DNA of 59,393 bases, the filler included, from Stramenopiles sp. TOSAG23-3 (lineage: Eukaryota), in NCBI GenBank assembly GCA_900128585.1. It is 6 parts of 6 records of this genome, joined end to end, with 100 filler letters (N's around TTAATTAATTAA, not from the genome) between each part and the next. Parts side by side here need not be neighbours in the genome. Positions count along the whole stretch, not along the records: positions 1 to 17,788 come from LT642440.1; 5 more parts are not named here. The stretch is one strand, 5' to 3'. Positions 1-10,298 of the stretch are shown piece by piece. Within the stretch, counting starts at the first letter, position 1, and every line of letters starts with the position of its first letter. A model generated the notes under the pieces. That model was not told the origin of the DNA. It was given only the letters and a program-made list of their open reading frames with translations, and did not search any database. A program made the translations under genes and the position numbers.

Positions 1-71
<71 letters not shown>

Positions 72-141
72 AGAAAGAAGAAAGAACAAGAACAAGAACA
101 AGAACAAGAACAAGAACAAGAAGATGAAAGAAGAAGAAGAA
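1..141. repeat. compound purine microsatellite (AAAG)n / (ACAAGA)n / (AAG)n
   Basis: Tandem units read directly from the sequence. Confidence 0.95.
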
Positions 142-467
142 GATCCTCCTAACACAATTTTAAAATATTATTAAATAATATTTTTTTTTTTTTAATAAAT
201 AATAATATTCATAATAAGAAAGAAGAATTTTTTATAATAATTTGATATTTTTATTTATTTCTAGTGATGTACTTCAAATTGTAATTGAATGAACCAATTA
301 GTAATTTAGGGTATAGGAATTTTATGTGTATGTACCTAGAACAATTAGAGAAGCGAGAAGCTATCATTGGATTCATCATTTTTCGTACAGTGTATTGTTT
401 CTTTTTATTGTTGGACAGGAGTAGTACGGGCGGAAGGTGACCGACCGACGGACGGACCAAGACCCCG

Positions 468-3179
468 ATGGCCGAAGCGACAGTGAACGGCGCCCCCCCG
501 GGCTTGGCGAAGGCCCCGTCGTCGTCTGCGGGCGGCGCGAACGGTGCGGCGGCGAGCGTCGAGGGGGAAGGCCCCGCCGCCCCTGCCCCTGCCCCTGCCC
601 CCCCCGCCGCGCCGGCTGGGGACAAGGCCAAGAAGGGGGCCAAGCGAGGCCCAAAGCCGAAGGGCACCGCTGCCGCGGCCCTGCCGAGCTCCATCGGTGC
701 CACTGCCGCAGTCCCGTACGAGCAGGCGACCCCGTCGGGGAAAAAGTACTACGGCGTCGCCTTCATGTACAAGGTCGCCCGCTGGCGGGCCACGCTGTAC
801 GTGAGGGCCGGGAAGACGAAGCACCTGGGCCTGTACAAGAACGCCCTGGACGCGGCGAAGGCGTACGACGCCGCGGCGCGCTCGGAGTTCGGGTCCAACT
901 ACGCACAGGTGAACTTTGACAAAGAGGGGCGGCAGACCTCCCTTGTCCACTTCGCGTACGGGGGGCTGAACGGAGAGCACCAGACGCACGGAGCGCCGGA
1001 ACTAGACACCAGTTGGCCGCGGGAAGGGGACGATTTTCAAGTAGACATGGCGAAGGTCCCGAAGCGGGGCGAGGCCGCCGCCGCGAAGTCCGGGGGGCTG
1101 GGGACGTGGCACCCGCACCCCATCCGAACGGACGACGACGAGGAGAACGCCGCCCCCGTGGACACCCACTACGGATCGCTGCACCCGGACCCGCTCAGCA
1201 AGGAACTGGCGAGGGATCTGAACAAATCATGGAAGCCGAAGGAAAAGGCGGAGTTCGAGCGTGCAATGAACGAGCTGGACAAGGACTTTCATTTGATCAG
1301 CAAACGGATAGGGACAAAGTCGTACCGCGAGTGCGTGCGCTACTACTACTGCGTGTGGAAAATGATGCGGGCGTGCCAGAAGTGGAAGAAGGGCCGGGAC
1401 GAGCTGATGATTAAGTTTCAGCAAGAGGAGCAAAAGCGGGCCACAGAGATCCAACGCTCCTCTACGCCAGGGCGCGGCCGTTCGGACACGCACGGGGGCG
1501 CGGGCCACGGCGCTGGGGACAACGGGGGCGGCGAGCACACGGGGCGGAAAGGCGGCGCCGGTGGCCAGAACGGGAGGAAGTCCGGGAGCGGGCGGAAGTC
1601 GAAGCAAGCGGAGGCCGCGGAAGTGGAGCGGTACTGCATATGCCGCGGGCCCGGGGTGGGGATGATGGTGTCTTGTGAGAAGTGCGAGGGCTGGTTCCAC
1701 GGTGCATGCGTGGGGCTGGGCATCGACCAAGGCACGCTGAAGGATGACGACGAGTTCGAGTGCGGAAACTGCACCGAGAACGGGTTCCCATCGTTCAAGA
1801 CTGGTGGAATGGTCAAGTCCTTGGCGAACGAGGTTACCTTCATCTGGGACTCCAAAGCCAAGCAGGCGCTGGCCAAAGAGAAGTGCCCGAAAGTCCGCGA
1901 CCTTGTTCGTTTTTTGCAGGCCCACCCAGACTATAGACCCTACTACGGTGACAGCGACGAGGACGAGGAGGAGCTCGACGGCGCGGACCACGGCACGTCT
2001 AGGGAGAGCCCTGGCGACGAAGAGGACGAGGACGGCGCGAAAGGGAACGGGAAGCGAGCCGCGGGGCCGAAGTATGAATTGCTGTACAAGTGCCCCCCGT
2101 ACGTTCGAAAAGAGGCGAAGGGGAAGAAGAAGGCCCGGGCCGCGGCCAGGATTGCAAAGCTCTGCAGGAGCGCGGGCCAGTGGCTCGAGTACGAGTCTGA
2201 ATCGTCGGACGACGCCGAAGAATCGAGCGAAGAGGACTCGAGCGGCGACTCGGACGGGAGCAGCGAGGACGACGAGGAGGACGACGAGGACATGGAAGAG
2301 GACGACGATTCGGACGTCGACAGCGACGGGAACGAGTACGCGCGGGCGATGGCGCTGCACGGGGGCATCGACGAGGAACTGTATCAAGAGTTTAGCGCCG
2401 CGAGCGGGTCCCGGGGAGACTTTTTGAACCCGGACCGGCTGGACAATGGCCTGGGCGACGGGCGCGAGCTGCCCCCTTCCTTTCCGGCCGCGGACGGCTC
2501 CTCCGTTTTTTCGGGCCGGTTTCTACCGTCTGCCATGATGGAGCGAGGGGCCATGGAGAACGGCGCGGCGCCGTCGAGCAAGAAGCGCAAGCGCGGCTCC
2601 GGGGAGCCTGTGCCGATCGTGCCGCACGGCACGTTGCCGACGGGGGCCTACCCGTGGATGCGAATGGCGCCGTGGAATGGCCGCAGAATGGGCCAAAAGA
2701 ATAGTAAAGTTGCGAAAGCCCTCCGGAGTGAGACGTCGCAGCGCATCAAGACCCTCATCGAGCGCATCCAGGCTCATCGCACTGCCATGGCGGTGGCAAG
2801 CGGTCCGCTCCTTCAGCGCCGAAAGCGGATGGAGCGGCTGCATGGTAAGCCGCGCCTGAAACGCTTAAAAACGGGCAGCGACAACGCCCGGGTGTTCACC
2901 CCGAAACAGTTCCAAACGCTGATGTGGCAAACGTGGGTGACGAACAACTTCATCAAGAAGAAAGTGGCCCCGCCCCCCTACGCCATGCATGAGGCTGCCG
3001 GGGCGGGTGGTCAGTTTCGATGGTCGGGCCTGCGGTGCCGCTCCATCGGTTTGATCGACGGGGCGATCGTGGCCGCATCCCCCAGGCACTTTGAAGTCTA
3101 CAAGTCGCAAATCGGTGACCTGCCGTTGAATTCGTTCAACATGCCGCCCTGTGATGTGAGGGAACTGTACAAGAAATAG
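468..3179 (+). CDS. AP2-domain, SANT and PHD-finger chromatin/transcription regulator
   Basis: 903-aa ORF. AP2-like KYYGV...WRATL...KHLGLYKNALDAAKAYDAAARSEFG...VNF; SANT WKPKEKAEFERAM...KDFHLISKRIGTKSYRECVRYYY; PHD YCIC...CEKCEGWFHGAC...CGNC; long acidic tract; NLS-like KKRKR. Confidence 0.9.
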   Translation: MAEATVNGAPPGLAKAPSSSAGGANGAAASVEGEGPAAPAPAPAPPAAPAGDKAKKGAKRGPKPKGTAAAALPSSIGATAAVPYEQATPSGKKYYGVAFMYKVARWRATLYVRAGKTKHLGLYKNALDAAKAYDAAARSEFGSNYAQVNFDKEGRQTSLVHFAYGGLNGEHQTHGAPELDTSWPREGDDFQVDMAKVPKRGEAAAAKSGGLGTWHPHPIRTDDDEENAAPVDTHYGSLHPDPLSKELARDLNKSWKPKEKAEFERAMNELDKDFHLISKRIGTKSYRECVRYYYCVWKMMRACQKWKKGRDELMIKFQQEEQKRATEIQRSSTPGRGRSDTHGGAGHGAGDNGGGEHTGRKGGAGGQNGRKSGSGRKSKQAEAAEVERYCICRGPGVGMMVSCEKCEGWFHGACVGLGIDQGTLKDDDEFECGNCTENGFPSFKTGGMVKSLANEVTFIWDSKAKQALAKEKCPKVRDLVRFLQAHPDYRPYYGDSDEDEEELDGADHGTSRESPGDEEDEDGAKGNGKRAAGPKYELLYKCPPYVRKEAKGKKKARAAARIAKLCRSAGQWLEYESESSDDAEESSEEDSSGDSDGSSEDDEEDDEDMEEDDDSDVDSDGNEYARAMALHGGIDEELYQEFSAASGSRGDFLNPDRLDNGLGDGRELPPSFPAADGSSVFSGRFLPSAMMERGAMENGAAPSSKKRKRGSGEPVPIVPHGTLPTGAYPWMRMAPWNGRRMGQKNSKVAKALRSETSQRIKTLIERIQAHRTAMAVASGPLLQRRKRMERLHGKPRLKRLKTGSDNARVFTPKQFQTLMWQTWVTNNFIKKKVAPPPYAMHEAAGAGGQFRWSGLRCRSIGLIDGAIVAASPRHFEVYKSQIGDLPLNSFNMPPCDVRELYKK

Positions 3180-3316
3180 AGAGAGGGGGGGGGGTTCTTT
3201 CACCAAAACCCCACGAAGCGACAAATTTTCTCTTCGTCCGTCCAATTTTAGAGAGTGGAGCTTTAAACATTTTTAAAAAAGATTTGAGCTTAATATTTCA
3301 CACATGTATTTATCTC

Positions 3317-4060
3317 TCACGAATTCGATTTCGAGAACATTTTCGCGAAGAATTTCGCAAACTCGTCTTTATAATTAATTCCTTTGACGGCCTCCTTGTC
3401 CAAGGCGAGGGCTTCCTTGGTCGCTTCTGAGTCTGGTTTTTGTTCGACCATTTCTTCGGTTTTCTTCTCTACTTCTTTCGATGCTTCCTGGTCCTTTTGT
3501 TCTACTTCGTGTGCTACCTTCACGTCTTCCGACGCAATGCTTGGATCGGTTGTGGGCAAGCTCATGATGCTGCTGTTGCTGAAAACGCCCGTCGCGCTTG
3601 TTGCGTCGACCGTGGGTGGACGAAGCTCGCTGGCGTGGACAGAGGACGCGTTCTCGCCGTCGTTCGGGATTCTTTTCTTTAGCGCACGGTGAAGGGACTC
3701 CCAATCGTGCTTGCTCTCCTCAGGCTCCTGCTTGGCGCCGTCGTTGCTGGGGCTCTTCTTGCCATTCAACTTGTCCATCATTTCCTTCACTTCTTTGGTC
3801 AGCCGGTCCACGGTGCCGTTTAACTTTAAATTCCCCTGGCGTTCGTCCCTCAATCGCGTTTCCAGGATGTCCGTAAGGGACGCATTCGTAGCATTTGGCA
3901 AGGCAATGCTCAAAAAGCCTTTTCCCATTCCCCGGAGCAAGCTCTGGCGCCGGGAGAGCCCAGAGGGGGTACTACCCTTCTGTTGGACCCCGTGAGCAAA
4001 GTTTCCCGTGCCACACAAACCCAAAAAGACGACAACCACCGAAAGTAACGTTCGATCCAT
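3317..4060 (-). CDS. hypothetical secreted protein (signal peptide, coiled-coil/low-complexity body)
   Basis: ORF 3317-4195. The ATG at 4060 gives MDRTLLSVVVVFLGLCGTGNFAHG, a signal-peptide-like start. Several N-x-S/T sites. Confidence 0.7.
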   Translation of the reverse strand: MDRTLLSVVVVFLGLCGTGNFAHGVQQKGSTPSGLSRRQSLLRGMGKGFLSIALPNATNASLTDILETRLRDERQGNLKLNGTVDRLTKEVKEMMDKLNGKKSPSNDGAKQEPEESKHDWESLHRALKKRIPNDGENASSVHASELRPPTVDATSATGVFSNSSIMSLPTTDPSIASEDVKVAHEVEQKDQEASKEVEKKTEEMVEQKPDSEATKEALALDKEAVKGINYKDEFAKFFAKMFSKSNS

Positions 4061-4352
4061 GATGGCAAGATGAATTTGGAAGAAACAAAGAGACAAGAAC
4101 AACAGCAAGCAATTGTTGCGTTCAAATTGCAGTTTGCCTCGATTTGGCGTTCTCTTCGTTTTGTAAAGACACTTGCTTTCATTTAACTCTTTCATTTTTA
4201 AATCTCATGATTTCTTTATTATTAGTAGTATCTTCATGTTCATAATTTTTATACATAATAAAATAATTATGTACAGATAGATGTTATTTCTATGTTATTA
4301 TTATACGAGGTTTTATTAATTTAAATGATGTACTAAGTGGACTAAGTAAGTA

Positions 4353-4428
4353 CAGCCTTCAGCCTTCATATTCAGCCTTCATATTCAGCCTTCATATTCA
4401 GCCTTCATTCAGCCTTCATATTCAGCCT
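4353..4428. repeat. 13-bp minisatellite (TTCAGCCTTCATA), about 5 copies, some truncated
   Basis: Read directly; lies in the divergent spacer between the genes starting at 4060(-) and 5211(+). Confidence 0.9.
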
Positions 4429-5210
4429 CCCTCCCCTTTTTTTTATTATTAATTTGTTTCATCTTTTTTATATAAACAAACCTCATTTTAAAAGAAATAT
4501 AAATAGATTCATTCACATTTAATTATAATTATAATTATAGGAAGAAGGTCGATCTACTATATTAAATAATAAAATAATACAGTAATAAAATAATAATAAT
4601 AATAATAAAAGATACGAGGATACGAGGACTAGCTGTAACGAATTAGACTAAAAATAGAATGAAATAATCCACCAATATAGATAAAGATAAATACATAGAA
4701 CTGACTACGTAAATACGTACACTTTAAAATGTAATAATTAAAATAGTAGATGAAGTAATGTATGTATTTTATATAGCATTATAATAGCATTTAGATGAAT
4801 GAATGTCGCCATTTAAACTTCTTCTTTTTCTTATTATAAATATAGACTTTATAGATTTAATTTAATTTAATTTTTAAATCCAGCCTCTCCGCCTCTCCGA
4901 TGATTTAGACTACAGTGAGATACAGAGAGAGGAGAGGAGGAATAATTAATAACCGACCTTTATATTAACGATTTATAATATAAATATAGATATAATTAGA
5001 GTGATTGAGTTGGAATCAATTGGAACAAGACAGAATAGAAGAACAAGAAAGATGAAACGATTTATTTGATTCCCAATTGGGTTTTGTACTACTTAATTAA
5101 GAAGAAGACAGGAAAGGGAAAACGAAAGAAAGGAAGGAAGGAACGTTTGTTCTCTACCACTACAGCCACCACCACCACCACCAATACGTACGGCGTAACG
5201 GACCATCATC

Positions 5211-6920
5211 ATGTCGTTTCCATGGATGACGAATACACAAATTCAGCAATCGACTGGGCTGACCCCGTACAAAGACCATTCGCCGCATATGCGGATGGCC
5301 CCGCAGAGGCCGCAGGCCAAGAGTGGGATACACGAACCGAAGGGGGCCAAGCGGTGGGCGGAGTGGGAGCGCCAGAAGAAGCAAGGGATGCAAAATGTGC
5401 CCGGCGGAGACGCCGTCCTCGCGGCCGCCCCAACCTCCACTGCGGAAAGTAGGCTGCTGCCCGCGGGGCGGGCGAAAATTCTGCACGTCGGAAAGTTCGG
5501 GAAAAGTCCAAAACTTAAGCAGACGCGTGTGCCCCACCGGGAGAACGAAAACCCCGTTCTTCTTGCGTACCCCAAACCCGGGGACAAACCTTACAAAACG
5601 CCGTCGCTGTCGACCCGTGTGGGGGTGTACGGCACGGAGCAGCTCCCAAAGGAGCCCAAGACGGTCCTGCACAACCCTCGGTACGATCCCATCAACCACA
5701 AGTACGACGGAAACATCATGGCGGCCGCCAAAGCGTCCCCCATGTACCACCGCGAAGGCAGCCGCCGATTGGACGGCCGCATCGTGCCGGGAAATCTGAG
5801 CAAAAAGGCCCCGTACAGCCATCACCGGGACGCCACTGGTAACATTCTAAACAACCACGTGTCCGCTGAAGCGGAAATTGCTGGGCTGAGGCTGAACAGT
5901 TGGAAGTTTGAGAAAAACGCCATCAACGCGCGGCGGGACGCGTGCATGAGCTCGCGCCTGGTGCAGGAAGTGCTGGACCGAGGGGCGCCGGTGAACAACG
6001 AGGCCGCGCACGGCATCGTCGCCCGTGGCCTCGGCGGGCGGAAGGACATCAACGACACGGCGGTGAGCAACGACGGCCCGGACTGGATGATCGATCAAGC
6101 CCGAAGGGCAAACCCTGCCGGGGGGGTGCACAATCTAGGCTTCGGGCCATCGAAAGAAGGGTTTCAAAGTCGCATAGAGATGGAGTTTGGCACGGTGTCG
6201 GACAACGCCGTGTCTGCGGATGGGCCAAACTGGATGGTAGAAGCTACGCGGCGCATTGACCCAGACACGGTGCTGCACCGAAGCAAGAAGCCAGAGGGCG
6301 TCCGGTCGACATTTTTTGACGATAGAGGGAACCAAATTAGCGATGCGACCGTGTCTGCCGATGCACCAAAGTTCCTCACGGACGCGAACCGGCGGATCGA
6401 CGAGGCGAACCTGGTGATGCCCCAAGAAAACCGCATACCGTGGCACAACCGAAAGGTTCAGCAGGCGACAGGGCCGCACCCCAGTGAACAGACGGAGACG
6501 ACGTCTGACTTTCCAGCTCGCCCAACTAGAAAAATAGATTATCCGAACGCCGCGGGGCACGCGAATTCAATGGATGCTCCCCAGTTCATGGTGTCAACCG
6601 GTGTGCGGGCAAGGAACATGGCCAAAGAGAAAGGGATAACAATTACTCAAAAGGTTGGACGGCGGGACCGACCCAATTGGTGCAATAGAATCGTTATGGG
6701 GGGGGACCGCGGGCGCATTCCCCTTCTGAGCCAGAAAGATGGGGTCGATGAATACGTGGCCGGCTACACCATGGCCGATGTAAAGGTGTCGGCCGACGGG
6801 AAACAAAAGAGTGGAAACACCAGGCCAGCGCGCACAGCGTCGAGAGACTCCAGGTCCAAACAGGACTTGGAGGATGGTTGGAATTCAGGAAGCAAAGGAT
6901 ATGGAAAAGGGTTTCCATAA
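5211..6920 (+). CDS. hypothetical protein with internal ~48-aa repeats
   Basis: 569-aa ORF in a GC-rich block flanked by AT-rich spacers; repeats D-x-[AT]-V-S-x-D-[GA]-P-x-[WF]-[ML]-x4-R-R. Confidence 0.8.
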   Translation: MSFPWMTNTQIQQSTGLTPYKDHSPHMRMAPQRPQAKSGIHEPKGAKRWAEWERQKKQGMQNVPGGDAVLAAAPTSTAESRLLPAGRAKILHVGKFGKSPKLKQTRVPHRENENPVLLAYPKPGDKPYKTPSLSTRVGVYGTEQLPKEPKTVLHNPRYDPINHKYDGNIMAAAKASPMYHREGSRRLDGRIVPGNLSKKAPYSHHRDATGNILNNHVSAEAEIAGLRLNSWKFEKNAINARRDACMSSRLVQEVLDRGAPVNNEAAHGIVARGLGGRKDINDTAVSNDGPDWMIDQARRANPAGGVHNLGFGPSKEGFQSRIEMEFGTVSDNAVSADGPNWMVEATRRIDPDTVLHRSKKPEGVRSTFFDDRGNQISDATVSADAPKFLTDANRRIDEANLVMPQENRIPWHNRKVQQATGPHPSEQTETTSDFPARPTRKIDYPNAAGHANSMDAPQFMVSTGVRARNMAKEKGITITQKVGRRDRPNWCNRIVMGGDRGRIPLLSQKDGVDEYVAGYTMADVKVSADGKQKSGNTRPARTASRDSRSKQDLEDGWNSGSKGYGKGFP

Positions 6921-7401
6921 ATGTTTTTAAAGAAACAAACAAACCATATACACGGTAGGATAAATAATTTATACATCCCTACTTTATTCAACGAGTCAAA
7001 TCACGAGTATTTATTTATTTATTATTTCTATTATGATAAGGTGTATACTATCGTAAGCTTACTATTCTCTTTTATCATAAAGTAATAGAATATCATCATC
7101 AGTTATTTTTTTATTATAAATAATATTATTGATAAGATGATTGTGTGGCAGTTATATATATTTTTTTAATATTATATATCCTATAGACTAATAAGTAGAC
7201 CACTCACTTCGTTTGTATTACACATTACGAATTACAAAACGAAAACGTAATGCGACGACTCGACTTTTATATTATAGAATACAATTTGTCATGAAACAAT
7301 GCAGGTGAAAAGATGTCGTTGGAGGTTTTTTTTTTAACCGGTCAACTTCATGAAGGACCTTGTTAATTAATTTCTCGGCCTTATCAGTTAGCCCTTAAAC
7401 G

Positions 7402-9201
7402 ATGTCGGAGGATTTCAATTGTGACAGTTTGTACTGCCTCCCGCCTGACTTTGTGAACCGTGCATTTTACTACAATCGAGAAAACCAAAGGTACGAGTCC
7501 GTGCTGGATGAAGATGTCATGGTGGACATGCGGAAAGACCCCTTTCATGTTTCGATGGGACAGTACGACATGAGCCCAAAGGATATCAAGCTGTTTGAGG
7601 AATTGACCGGCACTCGAACAAGTTTTTACACAAAATTCAAGAAACCGTTTCGAAAACTCTTGTTTGCTATCAGCACCTTTGTTGTGATGGAGCACGACAA
7701 CGAAATCCTCGCAAGATACGGGGACCCAGCCGATTCGTTCTTTATTGTTCTGCAAGGGAAGTTGGATTGTGTGATAAACGACAACCAAGGGGCGGCCGGC
7801 TCGGCCACGGATATCCTTACCACCGTGAAAGCAAAAAAGAAAAAGCAGTTTAGTTCAGAACGTGCTCTCAACTCTTCGAAACAAAAACGAAAAGTGGTCC
7901 GGGGCCAACGGCTGCTGCTAGAAAACGGGAAAAGGATGCGGCACCGGGAGCTAGAGATCAACGGCATTGTGGTGGGGACGTTCAAAGTCGGTGACTCGTT
8001 CGGGGAGACTGCGTTGGTGGGGACGAACTTTTTAACGCGTCGGGCGTCTGTTGTCTCGGGTGAAGGAACCAAGAACTGCCCGTGCGTTCTTATTCGGATT
8101 GCATCGAAAGATTACGAAAGGGTGAAGAAAGAAATAGAGCGACTAGAGAAGGAGGAAATGAGCCGGTTTCTTCACAGGGCAGATTTTTTGTCGCACTGGA
8201 GTCGTGATAGAATTGCGGCGTTGGTCAATGGGGCCCAGCTTTGTACATACCCAAGAAACTCTGTTGTAGAAAAGCCCGGAGACCTAGTGTCTTTTTGGGT
8301 TGTAAAATCCGGCACCGTTCGACGGTTGAAGCGCGTCAAAATTGAAGGGGAAAGCACGATCATGGAGATTCTGAATGCGTGCCGAGGGGACATCATTGGG
8401 GGCGCAGAACTGCTGCACTCTATATCTTACTGCACTGGGGTCTTGCTGACGTCCAAAACAATCCCGACTGAACTGATTAAACTAAGCATAGTGGCTTTTC
8501 AAATGATTACTGCCGACGTAGTCGCTTGCCAAAAGCTGAAAGACCTAGTGGGCTACAACAATTTTTTGAAATTCTTCCGTATAAAGGAGTACCATGAGCG
8601 TGAAAATGGAAAGAATCACTTGCGGCGGATTGCAGTTCCAAAACCATCAGCAGTCACGAAGGAAAAAGTAGACAGCGAAAATTGGGCAACGTTCTGTGAC
8701 AACATTTTCTTGTCGATTCCTTCACCACTGTCAACCGTCGAAATTAATGACCGCGTCCGGGAAAACGAGTACTACCACAACGCTCTGAAATACCTGGATA
8801 AGAAAATTGACGTACAGGCCACTTCTGCCTCCAAAGAAGGACTTCGAATATTCGCAGCAAGGCGGAAGGACGAGAAAGTAAACCGGCAGAGACGGGAAAT
8901 GTTTCAAACGGTCGCTAAAGGGAACCTTAAAGATCAACTCAGGAAGGCCAGGCGTGCCGCCCGTTCGGTGAAAACGAACGAGATAGACTTGAACAGTGAA
9001 ACCAGTGACAACGGTGAATGTTCGGACGACGATTTCATCGATGAATCTGCAGGGGGAAAATTGGAGTGTTCAGGTATGTTGGCACGCCCAAAATTGCATC
9101 CCAAGTCAATATGGTCTGGTGCCCCCCAAAATTCTCCAAGAAATAAAAGGTTGAAAAAGAACCTTCCTTTCAGAATGCTGAAAAAGGGGTCAATGCATTA
9201 A
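7402..9201 (+). CDS. tandem cyclic-nucleotide-binding-domain protein
   Basis: 599-aa ORF. CNB1 GDPADSFFIVLQG...GDSFGETAL...RRASV; CNB2 PGDLVSFWVVKSG...GDIIGG (degenerate). Confidence 0.85.
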   Translation: MSEDFNCDSLYCLPPDFVNRAFYYNRENQRYESVLDEDVMVDMRKDPFHVSMGQYDMSPKDIKLFEELTGTRTSFYTKFKKPFRKLLFAISTFVVMEHDNEILARYGDPADSFFIVLQGKLDCVINDNQGAAGSATDILTTVKAKKKKQFSSERALNSSKQKRKVVRGQRLLLENGKRMRHRELEINGIVVGTFKVGDSFGETALVGTNFLTRRASVVSGEGTKNCPCVLIRIASKDYERVKKEIERLEKEEMSRFLHRADFLSHWSRDRIAALVNGAQLCTYPRNSVVEKPGDLVSFWVVKSGTVRRLKRVKIEGESTIMEILNACRGDIIGGAELLHSISYCTGVLLTSKTIPTELIKLSIVAFQMITADVVACQKLKDLVGYNNFLKFFRIKEYHERENGKNHLRRIAVPKPSAVTKEKVDSENWATFCDNIFLSIPSPLSTVEINDRVRENEYYHNALKYLDKKIDVQATSASKEGLRIFAARRKDEKVNRQRREMFQTVAKGNLKDQLRKARRAARSVKTNEIDLNSETSDNGECSDDDFIDESAGGKLECSGMLARPKLHPKSIWSGAPQNSPRNKRLKKNLPFRMLKKGSMH

Positions 9202-9302
9202 CCCAGTCTTCTATTTAAAAAAATCTGCGCCCTGGCGTATCTAAATAGCGAACCAACAAGCGCTGTCCGCCTTTGCGGTGCTAAGTGTTAAAGAAAAAAA
9301 CG

Positions 9303-9557
9303 TTAAATTTTTATTGTGTTTTGTTTTATCTCCTGCTCACGTTTCATTTTTGACAGCTCACTATGCTCTCCTCCAGAAGTTTCAGAGCCACCCGGTGGAT
9401 TATCTGCCGTGTCAAGAACTAGACTTTTTAAAATTGTCCGCAAACGAATCAGCTCTTTCTTTCCCGCCTCTAAATCGGTGATATCAGAAGCGTCCAAAGG
9501 TTTCGCCTGCTCTTCGACCAAGTCAATGTGCTCCGATATAGACGCACCCCCTCCCAT
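9303..9557 (-). CDS. small putative N-myristoylated protein
   Basis: 84-aa ORF beginning MGGGAS (MGxxxS), preceded by an A/T-rich leader; helical segment KPLDASDITDLEAGKKELIRLR. Confidence 0.65.
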   Translation of the reverse strand: MGGGASISEHIDLVEEQAKPLDASDITDLEAGKKELIRLRTILKSLVLDTADNPPGGSETSGGEHSELSKMKREQEIKQNTIKI

Positions 9558-10298
9558 TATTTAAATTATCTAGAACAATTTCGCCACAAAATAGTTTCCT
9601 GGCTCAACCAGCCGCGTTTCTTTTTACTCGCTCCAAGGTACCTATTAGCTTTTCGGTATGATTATGAGCGATTATAGGATGAAAAAAATATTACTATGTG
9701 TTACAAAGTAAAGTGAGCAAATAATTTCTACCCACGACGGGGTATTACAAAAAAAGTAAGACCATTTCTCTTCTTCTTTGTTCAAGAAGAGTCAAGAGCA
9801 GTACGCAGTACACATCGTCTAGGGAAACGGAGGAAGAGGAAAAAAAGACAAAGAAGAACGACAGTCGTCTCTCTTTTTATTATTTATTATCGAGAAGAAC
9901 TGCTGCTGTATGCTGTGTTCCTGGATGTAATATTTATTACTGTATTATGAAGTATACATTTATGGAGTTCAGAGAGTGCGTTGACTATTCGTCTTATTAT
10001 TCTTTCTTTCTTTCTTTCTTCATCATCTTTTTTTTTGTCCGTTCTATTTCTTTTTCTTTCTTTTATTATTATTATTATATTTATTATTGTTATAATATTT
10101 GAGTGGTACAAGTCAGTCGCTGAGGTTGTCGTCATTTTTTATAATAGAACGCCGCCGTCTTCTGTTTCGAGGGCGATCCTTCCGTTCCATTCGAAAAAGC
10201 CAATCATTTTCCAATTTAACTTCTCTTTCATCAGCATAGTATTTTTCTTACCTTCGTCCAGGTAGTTGGCTCCTTCCGCAGCTTCCTCCGAAAGTACA

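Noticed and set aside
439-458. Overlapping ACCGAC (DRE/CRT-like) cores just upstream of the AP2 gene, suggesting autoregulation
   Set aside because: Part of a simple (CCGA/CGGA) repeat, probably in the 5' UTR. The AP2 domain lacks the Arg pattern plant DREB/ERF proteins use for this site.
251-3245. Many long overlapping and antisense ORFs over the first gene, and likewise over other GC-rich genes
   Set aside because: Expected shadow ORFs of GC-rich coding DNA; no recognisable motifs.
4353-4428. Possible CRISPR-like array
   Set aside because: Units are contiguous with no unique spacers, and the context is eukaryotic.
9887-10265. ORFs in AT-rich spacers (also 31647-31907, 35480-35872, 41014-42060, 52933-53250)
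   Set aside because: Low-complexity F/L/I/K-rich translations of microsatellite or poly-A/T DNA.
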